From Octopus sinensis (lineage: Eukaryota), in the NCBI RefSeq assembly GCF_006345805.1, contig NC_042997.1, positions 54,312,001-54,376,000 of the forward strand: DNA of 64,000 nucleotides. The letters are read 5' to 3'. Of this stretch, positions 47,480-59,757 are shown in pieces. The translations under genes were made by a program, and so were the position numbers. The notes beneath the pieces are model-generated. The model was not told the origin of the DNA and searched no databases. It saw only the letters and a program-made list of their open reading frames with translations. Numbering within the stretch: position 1 is the first letter of the stretch; each line of letters starts with the position of its first letter.

Positions 47480-49260
47480 AAAGCTCTTCAGGTGATGCCT
47501 CTTCAGGTGTTTTAGGGGATATTGTATCTTCGTGCAAGGCTTTCTTGGTGGGCTTGAGGAACATTGTGATGTGAAGTTGCTGTCATTGTTTCTTCATGGT
47601 GGTGAGGAGAGTTTTATATGTCTGCATGGTAACATCATTGGCATTTTTAAATTGGAGAACCATATAGGGATCCCATGCTTCTGCCTTCCCTTGCAATTCA
47701 TTTGCTGTCCTTAAAAGGTTGGACAGACATTTGATTGCCAGGCCCGCTTCATCCTCTCCTGGATCTGGTGCTTCCTCCTGCTCTTCGCTGGCAGATTTCG
47801 TTAACTCCAACAAATCTTCATCTGTCAGGGTTTCAGAGTGGGCATCGATGAGGTCATTGACCTCATCTGGCATGATGTCGTCAAAACCTTTGCCACCAAG
47901 TACCTTTGCCAGTTTCACCGCATTATTGACAACCTTGTGCTGAATATCTTCAGATGAGAAGCCCTCGTAGTCATGGACACACTCTAGCCACACTTTCTTC
48001 CAGAATGCGATGAGGGTTTCTTTTTTTCACGTCTTTAAGAGCAGCGTGGATGACTGACAGGCACATTGTGATCATGAAGTTACGCTGGTACTCCTTTAAC
48101 TTGAAATTCTCATCTAAAATCCATTGTATCTGCAAGGTGTTGGAGAGACTTCCAAGTGTAAGTGCCTTGAAGGCATGGATCATGCCTTGATCCATAGGCT
48201 GGATGAGGTAGGTGGTATTGGCAGGGAGGAACTCCAAAAGGTGACCGCCAGCATTATCCATAACAAGCAACACCTTGAATTTCATGCAAACATTTTGGAG
48301 GTATTCCTAGGCTTGTGGGATGAAGCATTGGTGAAACCAATTCAAAGTTAGATTTTTGGTAATCCAGGCCTTGGGGTTGTGCATCCAGTGGATAGGCAGC
48401 AGGTTTTTATTTTTATTTTTGATGGCCCTTGGGTTCATGGACTTGTAGTTAGTCCTGGTTTCATCATGAAGCCAGCAGCATTGCTGCAAGTAATTAGCAT
48501 CACTCTGTCCTGTGCCTTAAATGCTGAGGCTCTGGCTTTGTCCTTCATGATGTATGTTCTGGAGGGCATCTTCTTCCAGAACAAGCCAGTCTTGTCCATA
48601 CTGAAAACCTGTTCCGGCTTGTATCCCTTGTCCTCAATGATCTACCTGAAGGTCTCGAGGTACTTCTCGGCAGCTTTTTTGTCAGCTAATGCTGTCTTTC
48701 CATGCAGGGAAACACTTTATTTTAAACCATTTCTGGAAATGATCAGACTATCCCTTGGTGGTTTGAAAATTTTCGGGCTCCGGTACTGTCAATGATCTTG
48801 GTTGCAGTTCTTCAGTGCCTTCTACTCTGTCAAACTGCTGGTATAATTTCCACACCTTCTCGTGGATGATGTTACTGCTCAAGTGGCTGTTTTTCTTTTT
48901 GCAGTCACTAATTCACAATGCCAAGGCAGATTCCATTCTGACAAAGTGCTTATTTCTCACTATCATTATCTTTTTGGCACTTTCACAGAAAATTACTGCT
49001 ATGGTAGTCCTGATCACCACCTCATTCTTCTTTATGTAGCGTATGGTGCTTTCGTTGACAACATAATAGTGACTTACTGCAGCATAACTTTTACCTTCCC
49101 GGAACATATCCAGCAATTGTGCCTTCTCATGGAGCATCATAACCTTTTTCTGATGTTTAGGTTCACTGCCAGAAAACTTAGAAGGCATAGGGCGTTTGGG
49201 CAGCATCTTAGGGCTTTAATAACTTGCAGTGAAAAACACAGCACTCAATAAAATACTGGA
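47480..49260 (-). mobile_element. Tigger/pogo DNA transposon, decayed transposase
   Basis: N-terminal helix-turn-helix (KKVMMLHEKAQLLDM...VNESTIRYIKKNE), VFSMDKTGLFWKKMP, VMDNAGGH, IQPMDQG, acidic tail; frameshifted; terminal repeats not resolved. Confidence 0.9.
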
Positions 49261-49619
49261 GATATCTACTGGATGCAGTTTTTTTTTTTTTTTAAACTAC
49301 AAAAAAATCTTCATTGTGTCTAATATGTACATACCACCAATGGTAGATTGAGCAGAGATTAAAAATAATGGTTTTGAAATATTTAGTTTGTATTACCACT
49401 AGATACAGTAATCTATACCATGATAACCAGTGAGTGAGAGAGAGAGAGAGAGGGACCAGCAAGTAACCTAATTTCAATGAGGCTCTATTGGCTCATGACC
49501 TTAAAAATTATCCTGTTGAAATAAACAATGTGTATGATCAAATGTAGCAATGATTTCAAAAAAGTGCTGGTAGTTTCTAATTAGCAAGCTTTGATTGAAA
49601 GCAGGAATAAGAGATACAA

Positions 49620-50990
49620 GATACAGTGTACTTGTATCTAAAAAAATCAAGCAACATGATGTGTGGCTATTCTAATCACACTTGCTTCACTGTTAGAGCA
49701 ACACAAACAAACTTGCCAGAAAGGTCTGCTGGCTTTCAATACTCAGTCATGCTCTACTAAATTTAGAGGGAAAACTGCAATGATACACCTGTAGAAGAAA
49801 GTTTATGTAATAGGAAAACAAAGCGAACTAGTGGCAAACCACTATTGATTTCAGTGACATGCTGAACTGAATGATGTATTTGAGCCTCAGAAGAGAGATA
49901 CCAATCAGCAGAAGCCAGCCAGTGGGTCAGCAATATTTGAAGGGTAAAGATGCTTTGTGGAACACTTCCAGCAAATGGTCAATGTACCAGGACAGGTCAA
50001 GCTAGAAACTTTGGAAAATGTGACACATTAATGTGTTGCTATAACAATGGTAGATGAGCCAAGTGTTGATCACAAACAAATGGCTTCTGAGATTACTGCA
50101 GAAGCAGAAAAACAATGGTGACGGACTCATGAAATGTCTTTATCAGTTGCTGCTGGAATCAAAGGTAATGGGCAATATCCCACAGCATGAGAAAGATGCT
50201 ATCATTGCACTTATATTCAAGAAATATGATATAAAATGAGAGATTTCTCTTCATACTATAGTCAAAAAGACCTTTGCAATATTGTGACTCAATGATGTTT
50301 TGCTTCCAACAAATGCAAAATATATGCATGAATCTGAATCAAGCATTGTTTGCAGTCTTCATTGATTTCACAAAGGCATTCAGCACAATAAACTGGTCAT
50401 GCCTATAGTAAATACTCAGGAGGTTTGTGTGTCTGAGAAATTTCACTCTTATAACAGAGTTTCTCCACACTGTCATAAGGACTCAAGTTATGCAGATGGA
50501 CTCCAAATCTGCACCATTTGATGTTACAGTGCAAGTCGAGAAGAGTTGTGTGTTAGTGCTATGTTATTTTCACTTTATTTGACAGCAATACTTAAGAAGA
50601 TATTCCATAATTCAATTGAAGGTTTATACTTAGATACTAACCAGCTTAAAGTGACATACCTCAAAGCTAAGACCAAGACCACATATGTTCATGAGAAAAT
50701 GTTATTCACTGAGATGAACACCTGTATCTCCCGTGCAGAAGAGTGCAGACTTTGATGGGTGCATTATACATTGCAGCCACAAAGATTGTCCTGAAAATTA
50801 ACACCAAAAAACCTGAAGTTCTTCATCAGCTGAACCCATGCTTATTGTTATTGGCGGGCAAGACCTGTTAGAGGCAAACCATTATATTTATCTGAGTGGA
50901 ACAATTTGTAGAGGAAAGGCTTAGTGATGATGTAGAACAAGCAAAACCAGCACAACATTCAGAAGGTTAAGAATGTGACTGTGGCGCAAC
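49620..50990 (+). mobile_element. Decayed RTE (BovB-like) reverse transcriptase
   Basis: IPQHEKDAIIALIFKK, FAVFIDFTKAF, MLFSLYLTAIL, LKAKTKTT and KINTKK traces; boundaries approximate. Confidence 0.7.
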
Positions 50991-51686
50991 AAGTTTATGT
51001 CAGTCAAGTCAGAGTAGGCTCCGGCGGAGATTCAAGGATGTGACTAAGCATAAGAAAAGATTGAAAATTGATACTGCAGAAACCAGTGAAGGAAATCAAT
51101 CCACTTCTAATATTCAAAACATTTTATATAGGCAGTCATCATCAACTGTTGATAGACAATCTAAATTGATGACTTGTAGTATAAGTAAAAAGATGAGTTG
51201 GTCAAAGGACACCCATAATCATAGTTCTGCTCAGCCAGGGGCTAAACTTATCAACTTATCTAAGAGTTTAGTATTTAAGAGCAACAGCCCTGTATAGTGT
51301 CAGTAATTAAAGTTCAGAGTGCTTCAGCCAGCTGTAAAAATATCTGTAACAAGTAATTAATGCATCAGTTGTTTCCCTGATCATATGCTCTTCCTGTTTA
51401 ACAATGAGTCACATTAAATAATGTCATGGGACAACTGTAGATAGGTATAGTATATAAACATACATATGCACACAAAATTACACACACACACACATGCATA
51501 TGTGTAGATGTTTCTGTGGATATGTACATGAATGTTCAACTTTTTTTATACAAAATTATTTCAACAGAACAGATGTAGGCTTTCTCCTTGCTCTCCCACC
51601 TTCTTTTACTCCCTTCTGTTTGTGTCTTTGAAAATAAATATTTTTCTGTCAGTGATTGATAAATATTGTTTATATTTTCTTTCCAG

Positions 51687-51778
51687 TAAATGATTTCACT
51701 TTCGCAACAACTCGAAATGGAAAAAATGTCCCTTTTGGAACAAGTGGAGATTGTTATAGTTCTTTGAACTGCCCTCAA
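51687..51778 (+). CDS. ADAMTS9: ADAMTS exon 28: GON domain
   Basis: (L)NDFTFATTRNGKNVPFGTSGDCYSSLNCPQ. Confidence 0.95.
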
Positions 51779-53082
51779 GTAAGTTACTATTTCTTTGCAA
51801 GATTTTTTTCAATTATGATTAGATTTTTAAAAACTATTTTAGCTTTTTAAATATGCTTTCCATTCTGAATAACATATTCATTTCAAATTTTGGCACAATG
51901 CCAGCAATTTCAGGGATGTGGCTAGTCAATTGCATGCCCCACCCCCACCCCCGTACTCAACTGGTATTTATTTTATTGACCCTGAAAGGATGAAAGGCAA
52001 AGTCTACTTTGGTGGCATTGGAACTCAGGATGTAAAGCCAGAAAAAATGCCACTAAACATTTTGTCTGGCATGATAACAATTTTACCAACTTGCTACCTT
52101 CTTTCTGAATAACATATTAAAAACAAAATATCATTTTCCTTTCCTGTTTCCTTCCCAGTCTCTTTTACACACTTTTGATGCTTTATATTCTTATGCTCTA
52201 CCATGAATAGAATTTGTCTAAAACAAGTATGGCTTTTAACTAGTTGCTCTTCCCATTGCTAACCATTAAAACATGAAATTGGAGCTGAGCATCTGTTTTG
52301 TCAGTCAGCCATCTAAAGCAGGAGTATTGGACCTCAGACCAGTACTGGATCATTTGATATTGAGCCATACAGAAGAAATAAATTTTAAAATCTTATTTCT
52401 GTTTTATTGACTATCACAGCCTGCAGAATGTTTCTGCATTATATAGGTATTGTATATTTAATCATTAAATTGTATATAATATGCACATGAGACCCTGTCC
52501 ATGGAAAACTTGTCTTGCATAAAACTGGTCCATGGTACAAAAAAGGTTGGGTTAACTAATCTAAAGTATGAAAAATTATCTTCCTTGTTCATAAATAGGA
52601 AGCAGTTAAGATTTCAACTGTAAACTAAGTTATCAATAACCTTGACTGTAGAGCACTTTCAGCAATTGGTCAATATACTAGAACATGTCAAACAAGAAAC
52701 TTTGGAAAACATGGCACATCACATTATTGATATATCAGTGGATGATCTGCCAAGTAAAAGACATGTTGGTCACAACAGATCACTCTCAAATAGAAAGTTA
52801 CTAACAGTAGGTGGGATTCCAATAGAGGTACAGAAAAATGGTGGGGACAAACGCAGTAGATATCTTTATTAGTTGATGCTGGAATCATGGAAGAGTGTGT
52901 ATGTGTGAGAGAGAGAGAGAGTGAGAAAGAGACAAATAGACAGGCAGACAGCACACAAGTTTTTCTCAAATGCATCAGCAAACAAAATTTCTATCTGAGT
53001 ATCAGCCACAGTAATCTCAACAGTCTAGAATTTATGAAGGTGACAGGAGATACTCCTATTTCTTTGACTGATTAATGTTTTG

Positions 53083-53114
<32 letters not shown>

Positions 53115-53402
53115 CAGACGGACAGACAGACAGTATATAATCAAAGAAAGAAGAGTATCTTCCATCATTTTCATAGATCCTCCTACACTTTTGAGATTGT
53201 GGTAGATATTTGGATAATAATTTTGTACATATAATCCTCTGAGAAAAACTTGGACAGGGAGAGAATTCTCCAGGAGACTGCAGCACTGAGATGACGTGAT
53301 TGAGAAAAAATAATGTTAAAAAAAAATAGAAATGTGTTAAAATCTAATATAAAATGAATATTACTTTCCTAATGATAGTTGACTTTTCTTTTTTATTTTA
53401 AG

Positions 53403-53507
53403 GGACAATTCCAAATTGATTTATCACGGACTGACTTTGCAGTTTCTCCAAGTACTAAATGGATATCAACAGATGAAAAATATCATAACAGAATATCAGT
53501 ATCTAAG
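53403..53507 (+). CDS. ADAMTS9: ADAMTS exon 29: GON domain
   Basis: GQFQIDLSRTDFAVSPSTKWISTDEKYHNRISVSK. Confidence 0.92.
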
Positions 53508-53949
53508 GTTTGCATTGAATTTGTTGCCTCTTAATTTGTGTATAACTTCACAAAGTTTTAGAATGCATCATTTTGTATGCTCATTTGTTTTTGCATCTGT
53601 TTTTTTCATGCTAACATGGGTTACATGAATATATTATTTGGACATTGTTTTACTGATGGATGCTTATCCTGCTGCCAACCTTTACCTGTTTTTCAACTAA
53701 GGGGTCCACATGCTTTTAGAAGCACAAAGCTAGTGGATAATTTGTTGACAAAGGAAATGACAACAATTGTAGCTTAGCAATTATCAGAGAAGCACTAATG
53801 CAAATGCAAACACACACAAACTTACACATATCTATATCTATCCATCTATGATAGATGTTATATAGATATGTGATGATGGTGTGTTTGTGGTGGAAAGAGG
53901 GTTGAGTGACAGGCTTTGTGGTGTTTCAGTCTACAGAGGACCTATGAAG

Positions 53950-54588
53950 GCTTGAAAGAAATGAAGCCAGCATGTTCTGCTGAATGGGTAATGTCAGTGT
54001 GTACATGCAGCAAAGTGTAAATGATTTAAGAAGAAAACTGGGTATAAGAGGCATCAGATGTTGTGTACAAGAGAGAAGACTGCACAGGTACAGTCTTGTG
54101 ATGCATATGGACAAAGACAGCTGCTTAGAAAAATGCCAATCTCTCATTGTGGAGGGAACCTGTGAAAGGGATAGGCCCAGGAAGACATGGGATGAAGTGG
54201 TGAAAATTGATCTTCTGGTGTTAAGCCTCACAGAGGAGATGGCAAGGGACCAAGATCTCTGATGATTTGTTGTGCTTGAGAAGACATGTCAAGCTAAGTA
54301 AAATTACTGCCATCCATACATATAGGTATGTTCTTTATGGCCGTGGCCCTACCCCCTCTCCCAGCTGTCTTGCAGGTGCCAATTCCATGTAAAACGCATT
54401 CATGCTGGTGCAACAAAAAATGCACCCATGCCAGTGGCATATAAAGAAGCACCAAGCACACTCTGTAAAGTGGTTGGCATTAGGAAGGACATCCATTGGA
54501 GTCTGGACAGCTCTCCAACTGACCAGCTCCTATCAAACCATTCAACCCATACCAGCATGGAAAACAAATGTTAAACAATGATGATTAT
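53950..54588 (+). mobile_element. RTE LINE 3' end: ORF C-terminus, UTR and family B tail
   Basis: DLRRKLGIRGIRCCVQERRLHRYSLVMHMDKDSC...RDRPRKTWDEVVK, contiguous with gtggttggcattaggaagg...ttaaacaatgatgat. Confidence 0.85.
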
Positions 54589-55005
54589 TAGAAATATTAT
54601 TTTTTAAATTGCTAAAATTTTTTTGTGTATCATAAAAGTATAACCGATTTATTGCGCATAATTTTTTATGACAAACTCTTATATGGACTCCCCAGGGCCA
54701 TATGGATCCTGGTTGAGAACCACTGATATCAAACCTTTTAAACCAAAGCAAGTTGGAAAATATCTTATTCAGTAACCTAACAATGATTCTAGAAGGATTC
54801 AAGAGAATTTTGACCTCATAATCCATGACTTTGTATTTAGTAATTTAAGCTGCTAAGTTTAGTAACTTCCTTTAATGAAAAATGTAGAAAAGTTCGAGTA
54901 ACCACAATAGTTATACATGTAAATGATAACAATAATTTCTGCAAAATATTTTGGAATATTTGATTCCCATCTACAATATCTTCAATATTTCTTTGTTTCT
55001 TTCAG

Positions 55006-55101
55006 AACAATAAGCTAATAAGAGGTTTGTGTGGTGGCAGATGTGGAACCACATGCCTTCCTGACCCCCGTATTGGTTTACAGCTTCAACTGAGTCATTG
55101 A
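55006..55101 (+). CDS. ADAMTS9: ADAMTS exon 30: GON C-terminus and stop
   Basis: NNKLIRGLCGGRCGTTCLPDPRIGLQLQLSH*, matching the G.CGG.CG.C.P....GL ending of GON domains; TGA at 55099-55101. Confidence 0.92.
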   Translation, partial: NNKLIRGLCGGRCGTTCLPDPRIGLQLQLSH

Positions 55102-55427
55102 TTCATAGAAAAAAAAAATAATGTAAGCTTTTTACTTTTTGCAGTTTTCTTCCCTAAGAATTTGCTAACAAAAAGACTTTTTTTCTAATATACTGTGAAT
55201 AATTGGCATTAGAAACAGAAGACGAGATAATGTGTTAGTCATTTCTTTTCCAGTATTGTGAGAAAGTAAGTGAAACAAATAGAAATTAAAAGTGGGTCAC
55301 AAATTGACTTTGTCAAAAATTCAATCTGTAAATTTTAAAACAAATATATCCACACAGGAATGTGACTGTGACCTAGTAATGTGACCTAGTAAAGTATAAA
55401 TTATTCATATTTAATTTTCTCACCAAT

Positions 55428-56221
55428 GCAGTCTCGCCATACACGGTTTCCCCACAACCCCGAACGTTACACCGGCCACGTTGACAGTGACACCTCCTAA
55501 ACGGGTGATTGCATCCATCCCCATCACCACGTCAATCTCGTCCACCAAGTGATTCACCATCATATCCCACCAGTTTAGCTAATCTCCTGAGTTCGTTGGC
55601 AAATACATCGACCTGTTTGCCAGTCCACTTTGTTTTCCCCAGGCGAGCATACGCTTCAAACATTCCTTCTGCAAAGGCCTCCATCAAATGGATTTCTATT
55701 TTTTCCACACTCAGTTGGCCCCTTTCTTCCATTTCTAGGTATGGCGCCAACGCCGAACCATCTAGGTACAGCGGTATAAAACTCGCTAAGTCGTCTATCC
55801 TGTGGAGTTTCGCAACCAACTTCATCTTCAACCAAGCAACTACATCCATGTCACCACAGAACGGTTTGACCATATCATTCGAAATACGAACTACACTCAT
55901 TCGTTTTTTTTTTTTGTTATGGGCTGAAATAGCTTGTTGTGTGATGGAGGAAAAAGACAACAAAAAAAGAAGCAAAAGGGAGAAAGAAATACAGAGACCT
56001 TACCTGTTGTTCGAGGTGGGATGAGCAATCACTGCCCTTATCGTGAAGAAAAACGCGTCGTTCCACATTCACTGTCTCTCATCAAACTGCGCCCACATGC
56101 TTTCTGCCTGAGCATGCCCTTGTGGCTCTTCCACCAGCCCCTGCAGTCTTCACTTCCATTTACCTCATCTGCAATCCTCTCCACCAACACCATATAGCTC
56201 ATCACAGCCCATAACACCACA
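55428..56221 (-). mobile_element. Ty3/Gypsy relic: LTR, gag N-terminal part and protease C-terminal part
   Basis: MSVVRISNDMVKPFCGDMDVVAWL...LASFIPLYLDGSAL...VDVFANELRRLAKLVG, then in another frame IDVVMGMDAITRLGGV; LTR about 55940-56221. Confidence 0.8.
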
Positions 56222-56350
56222 ATATATATATATAACTGCCAATTTACCATCAATGGCAACCTCTCTTTATTACTGTCTGCCTCCTTCCACGTCAATTCAG
56301 TAGTTAGCTTGCATTCAACATGCTACAATTGGTGACCCCAACTGGTGATT
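56222..56350 (+). mobile_element. LTR end plus primer-binding site for tRNA-Trp
   Basis: ...catgctaCA-at-TGGTGACCCCaAC(tg)GTGATT resembles TGGTGACCCCGACGTGATT. Confidence 0.55.
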
Positions 56351-56873
56351 CCTGACTTCCTAACCATTTCACATGATTAACAATCCAGGTTATAGAGTAT
56401 ACCATACAGTGAACTAAACAATATAGTGTACAATAACAATGTGGTTTGCCCATATGCTAAATTTTATAAATGTAGATGTGTTTAAGACTGTAATGAAAGT
56501 TTAGAATGTTAATCATATCTTCTTTCTTTCTTATTTTTCAGGTGGAACCAATGCATCATTAGGCTGTATTACTACAACCATCTTTCATTGTAAATAATCC
56601 ATTCCAAAAGACTAATATTGTGACTATTATTATTATTAGTCTTTGTTATTTATTTTTTCTAAAACTAGACAAATTATTTACACACTTGAGTGCAATATTT
56701 GAGAAAATGTATAAGATATACTTGCATATATATATGATGATGATATATATATTGTGTGTTTGTATTTGTGTGTGTGTTTGTTTGTATAAATAGTTTATGT
56801 TGTAAATGTCTCATTGAACATAACACTGCTGGTAAATGTGATTATTATTGTTGTTATTGTTATTAGGGTTATA

Positions 56874-57535
56874 GACTTGGTCATGACAGTAGAGTAGCAG
56901 GCAAATTGACTTTCAGTATTTAATCTCAACCTTCAGTTCTAAGTTCATATCCTGATAGAGTCAACTCAACTTTTCAATTTTCTAAATGTCTATAAAATAA
57001 GCATCATTTTTATACTATAGACTATTCATTCCTCTTATATTTGTGAACTTGTCCCTAAATAAGAAATTATTATTTTTTTACAATGATGGCATTAGTGTGA
57101 AAAATTGTTGTGTGAAGAACTAAATGCTTTCCAGCATTTAATTCTTTTTTCAATATTCTGAGTTTAAGCTCTTCTAATGTCAAATTTTCCTTTCATCCTT
57201 CCAGGGATGGTAAATATGGAAATAGTTATGATCTGGGATTGATTAAATTGACACACTTATCCTCCAAAATGCATGGCCTTGTGTCAATATCAGAAACCAT
57301 AATTATTTACTATTATTATTATTAAGGTGGCAATCTGCTAGCAGAATCGTTAGCATGCCGGGCAAAGTACTCAGCAGCATTTCATCTATCTTTATGTTCT
57401 GAGTTCAAATTCTGTCAAGATTAACTTTGCCTTTCATCCCTTCAGGGTTGATGAAATTAGTACCAGTTATGCACTGGGTTCAATGAAATTGACTAGTCCC
57501 CTTCCCCAAAATTTCAGGCCTATAGTAGAAAGGAG

Positions 57536-57595
<60 letters not shown>

Positions 57596-57940
57596 CTGCC
57601 AGTTCAGATTGGAGCCTGGTGCAGCCATCTGGTTCGCCAGTCCTCAGTCAAATCGTCCAACCCTTGCTAGCATGGAAAGTGGACATTAAATGATGATGAT
57701 GATTATTATTATTTATAAGACTGTGAGCTGGCAGAGTTGTTATTGCTTCAGACAAAATATTTGGCAATATTTCTTCCGGCTCTCTACATTCTGAGTTCTA
57801 TTTCCACCAAGATCAACTTTCCCTTTCATCCTTTGGAATCAATAAAGTAAGTTGAGCATTTGAATTGATGTAATTAACTGGCTCCCTCCCCACCAAATTT
57901 CAGGCCTTGTGCCTATAATAAAAAGAAGTATTTTTATTAT
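56874..57940 (+). mobile_element. Cluster of four head-to-tail family A SINEs plus one family B tail (57598-57705)
   Basis: Copies at about 56874, 57080, 57322 and 57716; (ATT)n at 57537-57594. Confidence 0.75.
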
Positions 57941-59690
57941 TATGTACATTTATTCAGGCCTTGTAGAAAGGATTATTAGGTATTTCTAATTTGCATTTTT
58001 CTTTGGTTTTGCTCATTTTGTTACTGTTTTACCATATCTTTATTCTCTATTGTTTAAAAAATGCTATGGTTGAGAACTACTAGCATAAAGGACACTAAAT
58101 GGCAGTCTAAAGTCATGATTATTAAATATCACTCAAAAGAAGTGATGAACCCTAAATGTTAAAAATATTTTGCCCCAGACTAGTAAAAGCAAATTTAGGT
58201 CTAGTTATCATTTACGTATATTGATTTATGAAATACAATGAAAGCTTTAAAAGATTTAAGTCTCGAACCAAATGTTGGCATCTGTTATAGTCTGCCAAGA
58301 AATTATGAATACATCATATGTCATTGGTGAAATTCCTTTCAAATAAAATCACTGAATTATTTTGTAGATAGAACATAAAACTCAATCATTAATTATGACT
58401 GATCTGTTGATTTGAAAAACTGATCTGGAACATACCATTAAGTATGTATAACCAGTAAGAGTTTCAGGAGCAAGATATTTCACTAGAAACTGCCAATTGA
58501 TGTGGGATATGAACTTAAACTATTCTATGTTATAGAAATAAATTTATGATTATTCTTCTTTGTAAAATACAATAGATATTGCCTGTTAATCTACTAGAGA
58601 TGTTCATAACACTAAATGGCTAAGACATTCATTTTCAACTTTGAAATTCCATTTTATTGAAGATTGTTAAGAATATTTCTTCAGACTTTATTTTTTCATT
58701 GCATTCAAGAGTTTGGTTTTTTAAGTTGAATTATTATCTAGGAAGCTATGCTTGTACACATTATATTTGACTGGCTAAGCAACTTAAACAGAGAACCAGC
58801 TTTTGACACTGCATTGTCTCCTTGACAAGTCACTTTACTCTACCTACTTTGGCCAATCTTTCTCATGAGAATAAGACTTATTTTTAAATTATAATGGAAT
58901 GGTTGACACCAAGATTGAAAACATGTTTCAATGATTTACAAAAATGTGTGAGGTTTGAGAAAAAACTGAGAATTATGTCCAAAATAATTTATGACTGCCT
59001 CTCTCAGGTTCATACCAAATATATGTCTGTTTACTCAATTTTGAAAACTATAACCCTTTGGATAAATTAAAGATTGAGATAAAACTCCAAAGAAAGTATT
59101 ATCAATGAAATTCATTTAGCCTGATGTTTAACTGAAAAAGAATATTAAAACAATAGTTATCATCTTAACATTCTTTACTTAAAGATCTAATATAATTGAC
59201 CAATGTGAGGCCAATTACTATGCTTTGGCATCATAATAATATAAAATACATTTCTTCACATCTACACCTATGTCACCTGATCATCTGCTGAAGTTAAATA
59301 GTGCTGGTGTTAGTACTAATAATATAGACAATAATAATGCTCAGTATAAAATATTTATAACACTGCAAACTGAAGCACTGAGTCCTGTTCCATATATAAA
59401 GTATTTTTGTAAATAAATTTTTATCCATAGTAATCATGATAAGGTGCTTTTATTAGCATAACCTCTGCAGAAGCTACTTTGAAGAATTTATACATATATT
59501 TATAGATATTATATTATTATTATATTATTATTATTATTATTATGTACATATATATATTTATATACTTACTTAAAATAAAACAAAAGGAATATCATGAAAT
59601 GAAATGAAGAATTATTCAAGTTAAGAAAATAATCCAAGATTTTATGATATTTTATGTGTGCATGTGTATGTGTGTGAATGTATATATATG

Positions 59691-59694
<4 letters not shown>

Positions 59695-59754
<60 letters not shown>
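59695..59754. repeat. (TA)n microsatellite; others at about 61065-61101 and 62664-62697
   Basis: Direct reading. Confidence 0.95.

Positions 59755-59757
<3 letters not shown>

Larger units (their letters stand above)
1..55101 (+). other. ADAMTS9: ADAMTS9/20 (GON-1)-like gene, 5'-truncated by the window; 30 coding exons
   Basis: The exons join in frame across GT-AG introns. Domain order is disintegrin-like, TSR1, Cys-rich, spacer, 14 TSRs, GON. Fifteen TSRs plus GON is the ADAMTS9/20 architecture. The symbol is a family-level call; ADAMTS9 and ADAMTS20 cannot be separated here. Confidence 0.93.

Noticed and set aside
51938-51953. G-quadruplex on the minus strand
   Set aside because: Only three G-runs.
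55509-56024. 171-aa plus-strand ORF
   Set aside because: Antisense shadow of the gag fragment.
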